Origin: a bacterium
GTDB lineage: Bacteria > Cyanobacteriota > Sericytochromatia > S15B-MN24 > VGJW01
Assembly: GCA_021781555.1 (NCBI GenBank)
Contig: JAJXWQ010000012.1
Span: 27,956-59,955, forward strand
DNA length: 32,000 bases
Reading direction: 5' to 3'
The notes beneath the pieces were generated by a model that was given only the letters and a program-made list of their open reading frames with translations, made no database searches and was not told the DNA's origin. Shown here piece by piece: positions 1-8,189 of the stretch (positions are counted from its first letter, which is position 1; each line of letters starts with the position of its first letter). A program made the translations under genes and the position numbers.

Positions 1-2
1 AC

Positions 3-1247
3 GTGATCGGCCTCAACTGCTCGGTGGGCCCGGCCAAGCTGCTCGAGGCGATCGAGCGCATCGAGGGCCGCACCGATCGCCCCCTCTCGGTGCAGCCCAA
101 CGCCGGCCTGCCCCGCGAGGTGGACGGCCGCAAGATCTACCTGTCGTCGCCAGACTACTTCGGCACCTACGCCCGCCGCCTGGCGCAGGCGGGGGTGCGC
201 TTCATCGGCGGCTGCTGCGGCTCGACGCCCGAGCACATCGCCAAGATGCACGACGCCCTGCGCGCCACCGCCCCCGGCCGCGCGGTGGTGGTGCAACGCG
301 CCCCCGAGCAGGCGCCGCCCGACGTCGCGGTGGTGCCGCTGGCCGAGCGCTCCCGGCTGGCCGCCCGGATCGCCGCGGGGCAGTTCGTGACCAGCGTCGA
401 GATCGTGCCGCCCAGGGGCTGCGATCCGGCCCGGATGCTCGAGGGCGTGCGGATCCTGCGCGATGCCGGAGTCGACGCGGTCAACGTCCCGGACGGTCCC
501 CGGGCGCAGTCGCGCATGGGCGCCATTGCCACGGCGCTGCTGATCGAGCGCGAGGGGATCGAGGCGGTGGTCCACTACACCTGCCGCGATCGCAACCTGC
601 TCGGGATGATGAGCGATCTGCTGGGCGCGGCGGCGCTGGGTCTGCACAACCTGCTCCTGGTGACCGGCGATCCGCCCAAGATGGGGCCGTACCCGAGCGC
701 GACCGCGGTCTTCGACATCGATTCCATCGGCCTGACCAACATGGTCACTCGGCTCAACATGGGCCTCGATATCGGCGGCAACCCGATCGGGCCGCCGACG
801 AGCTTCCTGGTGGGCGTGGGCGTCAACCCCGGCGCGGTCGACCTCGACCAGGAGCTGAGGCGCCTGGAGTGGAAGGTCGAGGCCGGGGCGCAGTTCGCCA
901 TCACCCAGCCGGTGTTCGACCCCGGGCAGCTCGAGAGCTTCCTCGAGCGGATCGAGGGCCTCAGGATTCCGGTCGTGGCCGGCATTTGGCCGCTGGTGAG
1001 CCTGCGCAACGCCGAGTTCATGGCCAACGAGGTGCCGGGCGTGATCGTGCCGCCGGGCCTCATCGAGCGGATGAAGCAGGACGGCCGCGAGGCGCAGTTA
1101 CACGAGGGGCTGGCGATCGCCCGCGAGATGCTCGAGCGCGTGGGCCCCTACGTGCAAGGGGTGCAGGTCAGCGCGCCGTTCGGCCGGGTGGAGCTGGCGC
1201 TCGAGGTGCTGGCGGCGCGGCCGGCGGCCAGGCCTTTTTCGGCCTGA
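3..1247 (+). CDS. Bifunctional homocysteine S-methyltransferase / 5,10-methylenetetrahydrofolate reductase, 5' end cut by window edge
   Basis: The ORF is open at the window start. It shows the end of a Hcy-binding domain with the zinc-ligand motif GGCCGSTPEHI, followed by an MTHFR-type domain (FVTSVEIVPPRG, LLLVTGDPPK, FAITQPVFD). Confidence 0.88.
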   Translation: MIGLNCSVGPAKLLEAIERIEGRTDRPLSVQPNAGLPREVDGRKIYLSSPDYFGTYARRLAQAGVRFIGGCCGSTPEHIAKMHDALRATAPGRAVVVQRAPEQAPPDVAVVPLAERSRLAARIAAGQFVTSVEIVPPRGCDPARMLEGVRILRDAGVDAVNVPDGPRAQSRMGAIATALLIEREGIEAVVHYTCRDRNLLGMMSDLLGAAALGLHNLLLVTGDPPKMGPYPSATAVFDIDSIGLTNMVTRLNMGLDIGGNPIGPPTSFLVGVGVNPGAVDLDQELRRLEWKVEAGAQFAITQPVFDPGQLESFLERIEGLRIPVVAGIWPLVSLRNAEFMANEVPGVIVPPGLIERMKQDGREAQLHEGLAIAREMLERVGPYVQGVQVSAPFGRVELALEVLAARPAARPFSA

Positions 1248-1253
1248 ATCGCT

Positions 1254-2388
1254 CTAGCGGGGCCACGGCAGGCGATCGAGGTGGGCCCTGACGTAGGCGG
1301 GGGTCATGCGATCGAGGAAGTCCGCGACGCTGGGTCCCGGCGTGATGCGCTGGGCCGCCTGGTAGGCGGTGGCGGCGTACTGGGTCTGGAAGCGGCCGAA
1401 GGGGATGACCCGGAAGGTGCTCGGCGCGGGCCGGGGATCGGGCCCGTAGTCGATGCTGAAGGTGGCCCGGAACTGCAGGCCGTAGCCCGAGTCGAAGGCG
1501 CCCACCTGGAACGCGCTGCGCGGGAAGGTGCGGGTCAGGGTCGCGAAGGGCCCGAAGTCGCCGAGCTCGTAGGTTCCCCAGCCACCCGCCAGGCTAAGGT
1601 CCCACCAGGGGAGGTTGGCCGCGGCGGTGGCGATGAGCTCGGGGAAGCGGTTCTGCGCCAGGCCGCCGCGCAGCTCCAGCATGCCGAGGCCACCGGCGAT
1701 CTCGTAGGCCGCCTCGCCGCCGACCTGGGCGCTGGAGCCGTTGAACCCGACATCGAACTGCGCCGGCACGTCCGGCGCCAGCCAGCCGCTCGAGTAGATC
1801 GCACCGATGGCGGGATCCACGCCGAGCTTGGGGTAGACCGGCGCCTGGACCTGGGCGAAAACGCGCAGGCCCGATGAGATGGGCGCGTTGGCGTAGGCCC
1901 GGGCCAGCAGCGCGTAGCTGGTCTGGTTGAAGCGATACGCCGGCTGGATGGTGATGTCGGTGGTCTCGGCGGTCGAGGCCAGGGCCCGGCGCGGAGGCAT
2001 GATCGGCGGGCCGATCGTGGCGACCAGCGGCTCCCGGTGGCCGGTCCCGGGCGCCGGCTCGCCCGGCTCCAGGGTGGCACTGGCCGCGGGGGTCACGAGC
2101 TGGCCCTCGGCCCGCAGGATGGCCGCAGCGGTGGTCTCGACGTCGAGCAGGGGCTGGTCGTCCGACAGCGGGATGACGCTGACGGTGGCGTCGGGGGGAG
2201 CCAGCGGGGCGACCGCCGCCAGGACCTCGGCCAGCGCCGCCATGGGGTCGGGCCGGCGGCGGTTCTCGTACCACACCCGCACCTGCTGCGCGGAGGTGAC
2301 CGCGCGGATGTTCTCGTAGCCCAGGTCCACGAGCCGCCGGGCGACGACCGAGACGGTCGCCGCCGCGAGGGGAGTCAGGAGGTCCACG
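1254..2388 (-). CDS. YjbH-family-like exopolysaccharide-associated outer-membrane protein, corresponding to the central and C-terminal part of the family
   Basis: This is the 3' part of track ORF 1254..2951. The upstream part of that ORF overlaps the Wza-like gene in another frame, so I rejected it. I propose a GTG start at 2388, 27 nt after the Wza-like stop. VWYENRRRPDPMAALAEVL...LLDVETTAAAIL and the Gly/aromatic-rich beta-strand-like C-terminus resemble my recollection of E. coli YjbH residues ~320-698. No signal peptide is visible and the start is uncertain. Confidence 0.45.
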
Positions 2389-2415
2389 GCGGGCCTACCC
2401 GGCGGCGCGGAGGGA

Positions 2416-4101
2416 TCACTTGAAGGTCCTGGCCACGGTCCAGACCGCCAGGCCCGCCGACAGGAGCGTGCCGACGGTCGTGATGATCCCCGCCAGGTCG
2501 CTGAAGTTGGCGATGTAGAAGAAGTCCTGGGGGACCTCCACGACGTCGCCAGGCTGCAGGACAGGATCCTTGCGGAAGTCGCCCTGGCGCATGATGCTCC
2601 AGGCGTCGACGGTGAAGGTCTGGTCGGTCGAGCCCCGGGTAACCGTGACGCGGTGGAGGTCGGCCTGCTGCAAGGTGCCGCCGGCCGCGTTGAGGTAGTC
2701 CGAGAGACGGTAGCCGGCGCGGTAGACCTCCTTGCCCGGGTGTCCGACCTGCCCGTACACGTAGACCGCCGAATCGCTGGCCAGGTCCTTGCTGGCCGGC
2801 ACCAGCACGAGATCGCCGTCGTGGAGCTTGAGGTCCTGCGACTCGTCGCGCTCGTAAAGGAGCTTGTAGGCGTCCTCGATGATGGGATGGCTGAACTTGG
2901 CGCCGCCGGCGGGGACCTTGTGGTAGATGCGGACCTCGCGCAGGCCGGCACCCGGCTGCACGCCCCCGACCAGGTTGAGGGCGTCGCGCAGGCGCGTGCC
3001 GATGGCCAGCGTGTAGGTGCCGGGGTGGGCGACCGCGCCGACGATCGTCACCCGGGTGCGGGGCAGGCCGACCGAGGCCATGGTGTCGGTCGGGATGTCG
3101 AAGACGTCGTCGTCCTTGAGGGGGCGGTCGAGGCCCGCGGCCTGCGTGAGGTTGATCGCCGAGGCCACGCGATCGGCCCGAATGGAGCTCTTGACGTTGA
3201 CCACGCTGGCCTGCGACAAGGCGGCGTTGGGCTCGGCGCCGTGCGCCAGGGTGAGCAGGTCCTTGACGGTCTCGCCGGGCAGGAACTCGTACGTCCCGGG
3301 GCTGAAGACATCGCCCTCGATCGTGGCGCGGTGCGTGATGGGGCCGATGTTGATGACGTCGCCGGATTTGAGCAGGGGGTCGGCGTTGACGTCGCCCAGG
3401 AGCGTGAACTTGGTCAGGTCGACGATGATGGGCTTGCTCCGGCCCACGCGGTGGATGACGACGTGGCGGATCGAGCCTTCGGGCAGCACCCCGCCCATGG
3501 CCGCCGAGACGCGCGAGAGCGCGGGCAGCGTGACGATGCCGGGATGCTTGACCAGGCCCGTGATGAAGACCGCGATCGGCCGCGGGCCGATCAGCAGCAC
3601 GGAGACGTGCAAGCCAGGATGGCGCGTGGCCAGGACCTGAGCGATCTTGGCCTTGACCTGCTCGGTGGTCAGGCCGACGACCGGGATGTCGCCCACCTGC
3701 GGCAGGTAGATCCGGCCCTCGAAGGGGATGGTGTAGACCTGCGCGAGCCGCAGGTCGCTGCCCCAGATGTTGACCGTGAACTGGTCGCCGACGCTGAGCT
3801 TGAAGTTCTTGATGGCGTCGGGGGTGTCGAAGGCGTACGTGGCCAGGATGGCGGACGGCGGGGCCGCGGCCGCGGTCTGCCCGTGGGTCTTCGGGGCCGC
3901 CGTCTCGGGGACCGCCCCCTGCGGGCCCAGGATGTAGCCCGACGAGGAGTCGTAGGGCGACACGGGAGCAGCAAGCGGACCTGCGGTGGTCCCCGAGTCG
4001 GGCACCTCGTACTGGGCCAGGGCGGGCGCGGCCGTGAGCCCGAAGGTGATCGCGGCCACGAGCGCACGGCGTAACCAGCGCGTAAAACTGAACGGCATCA
4101 T
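2416..4101 (-). CDS. Polysaccharide biosynthesis/export protein (Wza/GfcE-like, Poly_export plus repeated SLBB domains)
   Basis: I trimmed the start to the ATG-ATG at 4101 (MMPFSFTRWLRRALVAAITFGLTAAPALA, a signal peptide). Poly_export-like stretch: KLSVGDQFTVNIW...FEGRIYLPQVGDIPVVGLTTEQVKAKI. Repeated SLBB-like units: VTIVGAVAHPGTYTL and VYVYGQVGHPGKEVY. The C-terminal segment is hydrophobic. Confidence 0.85.
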   Translation of the reverse strand: MMPFSFTRWLRRALVAAITFGLTAAPALAQYEVPDSGTTAGPLAAPVSPYDSSSGYILGPQGAVPETAAPKTHGQTAAAAPPSAILATYAFDTPDAIKNFKLSVGDQFTVNIWGSDLRLAQVYTIPFEGRIYLPQVGDIPVVGLTTEQVKAKIAQVLATRHPGLHVSVLLIGPRPIAVFITGLVKHPGIVTLPALSRVSAAMGGVLPEGSIRHVVIHRVGRSKPIIVDLTKFTLLGDVNADPLLKSGDVINIGPITHRATIEGDVFSPGTYEFLPGETVKDLLTLAHGAEPNAALSQASVVNVKSSIRADRVASAINLTQAAGLDRPLKDDDVFDIPTDTMASVGLPRTRVTIVGAVAHPGTYTLAIGTRLRDALNLVGGVQPGAGLREVRIYHKVPAGGAKFSHPIIEDAYKLLYERDESQDLKLHDGDLVLVPASKDLASDSAVYVYGQVGHPGKEVYRAGYRLSDYLNAAGGTLQQADLHRVTVTRGSTDQTFTVDAWSIMRQGDFRKDPVLQPGDVVEVPQDFFYIANFSDLAGIITTVGTLLSAGLAVWTVARTFK

Positions 4102-4345
4102 CTTGGGAAGAATCTTCTGGTAAGGGGGCCTGAGAAGGCAGGCTTGCGCCTGGCAACAGGCCACGGCGAGACGTTGAAGTTTAGGCGGTTCCTGCAATCG
4201 AGGTCAAGCCATCGTCACTGTGGGTACCCGGCGCAGGGCACCCGGCCGGACGGGGCCCTTCGGCCAGAAGGGCTCTCCGGGAGCCATGCGAGCGTGAGCC
4301 TGCCGTCGTGGTAGGATTCCGCGTGCGCCCCCCGAGGACACCCCT

Positions 4346-4708
4346 TTGCCGCGCCGAGTCCTGATCGTCGACGATGCCGAGGCCATGCGCGCTGTCCTTC
4401 GTTCCATCCTGTCACGCAATGGCTACGAGGTGATCGGCGAGGCGGAGGACGGTGAGGAGGCCGCCCGGATGTTCGCGGAGCAGCGGCCGGACATCGTCCT
4501 GCTCGACGTGATGATGCCCAAGATGGATGGCCTCGAGACCCTCAAGACGATCCTCGCCTCGGACGCCCGGGCCAAGGTCATCATGTGCACGGCCGATGCG
4601 TCCCGCGAGGCCGTCGTCGACTCGCTCCAGGCCGGAGCCGTCGACTTCGTGATAAAACCCTTCAGTACCGAGCGCCTTCTCCAGGCCATCCGCAAGGCCC
4701 ACTGGTGA
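4346..4708 (+). CDS. Single-domain CheY-like response regulator receiver
   Basis: VLIVDDAEAMR...DIVLLDVMMPKMDG...VIMCTA...GAVDFVIKPF carries the canonical receiver Asp pocket, phospho-Asp and conserved Lys. The start is TTG with GAGGA 7 nt upstream. There is no output domain. Confidence 0.9.
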   Translation: MPRRVLIVDDAEAMRAVLRSILSRNGYEVIGEAEDGEEAARMFAEQRPDIVLLDVMMPKMDGLETLKTILASDARAKVIMCTADASREAVVDSLQAGAVDFVIKPFSTERLLQAIRKAHW

Positions 4709-4760
4709 AGGTCCCACCGGAATGCACATCGAGCTGGGGTTGATCTGAAATGGCGAGTGA

Positions 4761-4880
4761 GTCAAGCGGGACCCGGTTGCAAAGCGGTGCCGCCCGCCCA
4801 GGAACGCGGCACGGCCGCTTCCCTATAGACACGGGCGGCGGCACGCCGCGCAGAGGGACCCCCTCAAATTGAAAAGGGAC
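4761..4880 (+). repeat. Long variant of the dispersed intergenic repeat family (copy a)
   Basis: The 5' half is gtcaagcGGGACCCGGTTGCaaAGCG and the 3' half is CGCGCAGAGGGACCCcCTCAAAtTGAaAA. They are separated by about 60 nt containing its own inverted repeat, gtgccgcccgccc...gggcggcggcac. The copy ends 5 nt before the ilvC start. Confidence 0.75.
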
Positions 4881-4885
4881 TAGCC

Positions 4886-5881
4886 TTGGGACTTCGCTAC
4901 GATCTGGACCCCGCCCCCATCGTCGGGACCCGGGTGGCCGTCCTGGGCTACGGGGCGCAGGGCCACGCCCACGCCCTCAACCTGCGGGACTCGGGGGCCG
5001 AGGTCGTGATCGGACTCCCGCCCACGGCCCGCAGACGCCCCGATGCCGTCGCATCCGGGTTCGAAGTGCGGCCGGCCAGCGCGGCCGTCCGGGGCGCGGC
5101 GATCGTCGCCATGCTGGTCCCCGACGAGGCCATGGCACAGGTCTACCAGGAGATCGAGCCCGCGCTCGCGCCGGGCGCGGCCCTGGTGTTCGCGCACGGT
5201 TTCGCGCTGCACTACCGGGTCATCGTGCCGCGGGCGGATCTCGACGCGGTGCTGGTGGCCCCCAACGGCCAGGGCCAGGCCGTGCGCTCGGCCTTCGTGG
5301 CCGGCGGCGGGGTGCCCGGGGCGGTGTCGGCGTTCCAGGACGCCACCGGCCGGGCCCGGGACCTCGCCCTGGCCTACGCGGCCGGGCTCGGTTGCGGACG
5401 TGCCGGCGTGCTCGATGCCAGCGTCCAGCAGGAGACCGAGGCGGACCTCTTCTGCGAGCAGGCGGTCCTGTGCGGGGGAGTCACCCAACTGGTCAAGACG
5501 GGCTTCGAGGTCCTGGTCGCGGCGGGATTCCCGCCGGAGCTGGCCTACTTCGGCTGCCTGCACGAGCTCAAGCTCGTGGTGGACGTGCTGCATGCGGGCG
5601 GGCTCTCGGGGATGCACGCGGGCATCAGCAACACGGCCGAGTTCGGCGATCGCCGGGTCGGCCCGCTGTTCCAGCGCATGCCCATGCGCGAGGCCATGCA
5701 GGAGATCCTGGCCGGCGTGCAGAGCGGGGCCTTCGCCCGCGACTGGCTGCAAGAGGCCGCGGCCGGCGCCCCCGCGCTGCGGTCCGAGCGGGCCGCCGAG
5801 CGGGAGCATCCCATCGAGAAGGTCGGCGCGATGCTGCGCGACCGGATGCGGGTCGACCGATCCGCAGAGAGCAAGCCATGA
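4886..5881 (+). CDS. ilvC: Ketol-acid reductoisomerase (class I)
   Basis: VAVLGYGAQGHAHALNLRDSG is the Rossmann/NADPH motif. The length of 331 aa and the C-terminal knotted-domain pattern (CEQAVLCGG, LAYFGCLHELK) fit. The start is TTG. Confidence 0.93.
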   Translation: MGLRYDLDPAPIVGTRVAVLGYGAQGHAHALNLRDSGAEVVIGLPPTARRRPDAVASGFEVRPASAAVRGAAIVAMLVPDEAMAQVYQEIEPALAPGAALVFAHGFALHYRVIVPRADLDAVLVAPNGQGQAVRSAFVAGGGVPGAVSAFQDATGRARDLALAYAAGLGCGRAGVLDASVQQETEADLFCEQAVLCGGVTQLVKTGFEVLVAAGFPPELAYFGCLHELKLVVDVLHAGGLSGMHAGISNTAEFGDRRVGPLFQRMPMREAMQEILAGVQSGAFARDWLQEAAAGAPALRSERAAEREHPIEKVGAMLRDRMRVDRSAESKP

Positions 5882-6501
5882 AGAAACCCTTCCCCCAGCT
5901 CGCCGCGAGCCTGTTTCTGGCGGGCTGCAGCTTCGGGCTGGTCTACCACGTACACCAACCCGCCGAGCGGCTGGTCTTCGCCCCCGGCCGCGCCACCGCC
6001 CGCGTGCTCGGCGTGGACGCCACGGCGAGCTACCTGGGACCGGGCGAGCGCATTGCCACCTCGCGCACCCTGCTGGGCAACATCACCCGCGAGGTGGACC
6101 CCTACGGCGAGGATCAGATCGTTTTCGCCGTGGACGTCTGTAACTCCAGCGATTCGGTGGCCGTGGTGGAGCCGACCGCGGCCCGGCTCGTGGTTCCGCA
6201 CCAGGTGGAGACCGCCCGCACGCTGGACGACTACAAGAAGGCCTGGCCGACCTATCCCATCGAAAGCGAGAGCATGGCCACGGACCAGGCCGAGGCCTTC
6301 GCTTATGTGCTCAGGACGCTGCTGCTCGAGCAGCAGATCGTGCAGGGCGACTCCGCCGCGGGGCGCCTGGCCTTTCCGGCTCCCGGCGGGGCCGAGGGTA
6401 CCGCGTCGATCGACCTGCCGGTGAAGGTGGGCCGGGCATCCGGCACCCTGCACTTCGCCTTCAGCGTGGCGCCGCCGCCCGCGCCGGGCAGGCCGTCGTG
6501 A
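5878..6501 (+). CDS. Hypothetical lipoprotein
   Basis: An internal ATG of track ORF 5392..6501 overlaps the ilvC stop (ATGA). The N-terminus MKKPFPQLAASLFLAGCS has a lipobox (LAGC). I recognised no family. Confidence 0.6.
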   Translation: MKKPFPQLAASLFLAGCSFGLVYHVHQPAERLVFAPGRATARVLGVDATASYLGPGERIATSRTLLGNITREVDPYGEDQIVFAVDVCNSSDSVAVVEPTAARLVVPHQVETARTLDDYKKAWPTYPIESESMATDQAEAFAYVLRTLLLEQQIVQGDSAAGRLAFPAPGGAEGTASIDLPVKVGRASGTLHFAFSVAPPPAPGRPS

Positions 6502-7286
6502 GTCGCGCCCTGTCGCCGACCGGCCCGCAGGAAGGGCCGCCGCAGGCGCCGCGCAGCAGGGCGGCTCGCCTGCAGCGGGGGGGACTCGCGATCGCCGGCC
6601 TGCTCTGGTTCTTCGCGGGAACGGCGCTGGCCATCCCGGGCTGCATCCCGTCCGAACTCGTCCTGCGGGATCCGGTCGTCAACTGGCAGCGGCTCGGCAT
6701 CACGCGCGTGGCCGTGGTGACGATCCCGGCGACCTACGCCCCGGCGCACGCGGTCCAATCGCTCGCGACCCCGGTGGCGACGGGGGATCCGGCGCTCCTG
6801 TCGCGGGAGTCCGCCCGGGCGGCCGAGCTGCTGCGCTTCGCCCTGATGCAGTCGGCCTTCGACGTCGGCAGGCCGGGGCCCGGGACCGCCCGGCTCGAGA
6901 TCGCGGTGACCCGGGTCTCGCTCGGGCGGGTGACGGCGGACGCGCCAGGCGATGTCGACCTGCCCCCCGGCCGGCCCCTGACGCTCGACCCGAACCCGCA
7001 GTCCGCCGGGACGCCGGGCTCGCCGCGTTCGGTCCGGCCTGGCGACATCGCGGCCAGCGCGGTCCTGGCGGTGCGGCTGGTCGAAGCTGGACAGACCCGG
7101 CCGATCTGGTCCAAGGTGGCACGGGGCCACGTGGACTACCGGCCGCCCCAGTCGCTCTTCGGCGCCGGGCCAGACCGGCTCGACGCCAGGACCGCAGAAC
7201 TCCTGCGCGGCATCGCGGTGCGGCGGGCCTTGCTGCAGGTGGTCCGGGAGCTCTTGCCCAGCTACAGATACCAGGACGTCGAGTGA
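6498..7286 (+). CDS. Hypothetical lipoprotein / secreted protein
   Basis: The GTG start overlaps the upstream stop (GTGA). A hydrophobic stretch, LAIAGLLWFFAGTALAIPGC, ends in a lipobox-like IPGC. I recognised no family. Confidence 0.5.
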   Translation: MSRALSPTGPQEGPPQAPRSRAARLQRGGLAIAGLLWFFAGTALAIPGCIPSELVLRDPVVNWQRLGITRVAVVTIPATYAPAHAVQSLATPVATGDPALLSRESARAAELLRFALMQSAFDVGRPGPGTARLEIAVTRVSLGRVTADAPGDVDLPPGRPLTLDPNPQSAGTPGSPRSVRPGDIAASAVLAVRLVEAGQTRPIWSKVARGHVDYRPPQSLFGAGPDRLDARTAELLRGIAVRRALLQVVRELLPSYRYQDVE

Positions 7287-8005
7287 GCGCCTTTTCCCTC
7301 CTTTCTGCCTTCCTGTCGGCCACCGCCAGCGCCCAGCCCTCGCTGCTGGGCTACACGGGGCTGATCAACGTGCCCACGGCGGCGATCCGCACGGACCTGG
7401 CGCTGGCCTTCCGGTGGGAATCCGGGCCCAACCCGGTCATGCACGTGCCGGGCACGGCCCCGGTCGATCGTTCCTACCTCGTGGCCCTGCCGCTGCTGCC
7501 CGGGACCGAGGTGTCGCTGAGCGGCTTGCAGGAGATCGGCTGGCACGATCCGCAGGTCCCGGTGCTGCCCGATGCCGTACACCGCGCCCTGGGCGTCAAG
7601 GCCGGCGGGCCGCTCCCCTTCGTGCCGGGGCTGCGGCTGGCCGTCGGGATGGTGGATCCGGTGTCGGTCAACTTCCTGTACCGGGGCCCGGTGGGCAAGA
7701 CCCACTACGGCCTGACGTCGGGCTTCGCGGTGGCCACCGAGACCCTGGGCCCGCTCTCGCTCACGCTGGGCTACGGGCTGGGCGATCGCACGACCGACAA
7801 GACCGCTCGCTCCACGCCCTTTCTCGATGGCACGCTCGGTGGCCTGGACTGGGCGCTGCCCCTTGGTTTCGAGGCCCTGGGCGAATGGGACGGCGAAAAT
7901 GTCAACGGCGCCCTGCGCTGGAACGGGCCCTGGGGCCTGGGCCTGATGGGCGGCCGCGCCGGGGGCGGCTGGACGGCCGGCGCCTCCTGGGCCATCCGCC
8001 TGTAG
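7283..8005 (+). CDS. Secreted YjbH-family N-terminal-domain-like protein
   Basis: The GTG start overlaps the upstream stop (GTGA). The signal peptide is MSAFSLLSAFLSATASA. GYTGLINVPTAAIR matches the remembered YjbH N-terminal motif GGVGLLQTPTARM. LSLTLGYGLG and EALGEWDGENVNG resemble FDFTLGLGWG and LKLEYEGNN of E. coli YjbH. Confidence 0.5.
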   Translation: MSAFSLLSAFLSATASAQPSLLGYTGLINVPTAAIRTDLALAFRWESGPNPVMHVPGTAPVDRSYLVALPLLPGTEVSLSGLQEIGWHDPQVPVLPDAVHRALGVKAGGPLPFVPGLRLAVGMVDPVSVNFLYRGPVGKTHYGLTSGFAVATETLGPLSLTLGYGLGDRTTDKTARSTPFLDGTLGGLDWALPLGFEALGEWDGENVNGALRWNGPWGLGLMGGRAGGGWTAGASWAIRL

Positions 8006-8056
8006 GGACCGGCCAAAGCCCACATGGGTTAAGCTGGCCAGCGCGGGGGGAAGGAG

Positions 8057-8140
8057 ATGGGCGGGAGGGCTCCGTGGGTCCTGGTCATCGACAACGACGC
8101 TTCGTTCACCGGCGAGCCGGGGGCCGAGGTGCGAGCCTGA
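8057..8140 (+). pseudogene. 27-codon remnant resembling the N-terminus of a TrpG/PabA-type glutamine amidotransferase
   Basis: The ORF is too short for the track and follows GGAAGGAG. It encodes MGGRAPWVLVIDNDASFTGEPGAEVRA*. For comparison, the family N-terminus is typically (I/V)L(L/V)IDNYDSFTYNL....LGAEV. The rest of the enzyme is absent. Confidence 0.3.
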
Positions 8141-8189
8141 CCGCGCCCGGGCGGCAGCTCCGGTCCGGCTTTCTCGAGCAGGTGGCTTG

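Noticed and set aside
2389-2951. N-terminal extension of ORF 1254..2951. Similar 5' extensions occur in track ORFs 5392..6501, 8579..10273, 9238..12408, 12137..14470 and 29363..31837
   Set aside because: Each extension overlaps the well-supported upstream gene in a different frame and translates to Ser/Thr/Arg/Pro-rich low-complexity sequence. Internal starts with signal peptides, family N-termini or start-stop overlaps give sensible proteins.
2375-4156. An alternative 593-aa ORF on the same strand as the Wza-like gene but in another frame
   Set aside because: Its translation is dominated by Arg, Pro, Gly and His and has no motifs. The 2416..4101 frame has a signal peptide, a Poly_export domain and SLBB signatures.
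4102-4345. Possible riboswitch or c-di-GMP-type leader in the 244-nt divergent region between the Wza-like gene and the cheY-like gene
   Set aside because: I could not match any riboswitch consensus that I know by eye. Only short GC hairpins are present. It is left unannotated, and a covariance-model (Rfam) scan would be needed.
8006-8056. Another copy of the dispersed repeat, beginning GGGACCGG just after the YjbH-N-like gene
   Set aside because: Only the first 8 nt match. The TTGCGCAGCG core and the 3' half are absent.
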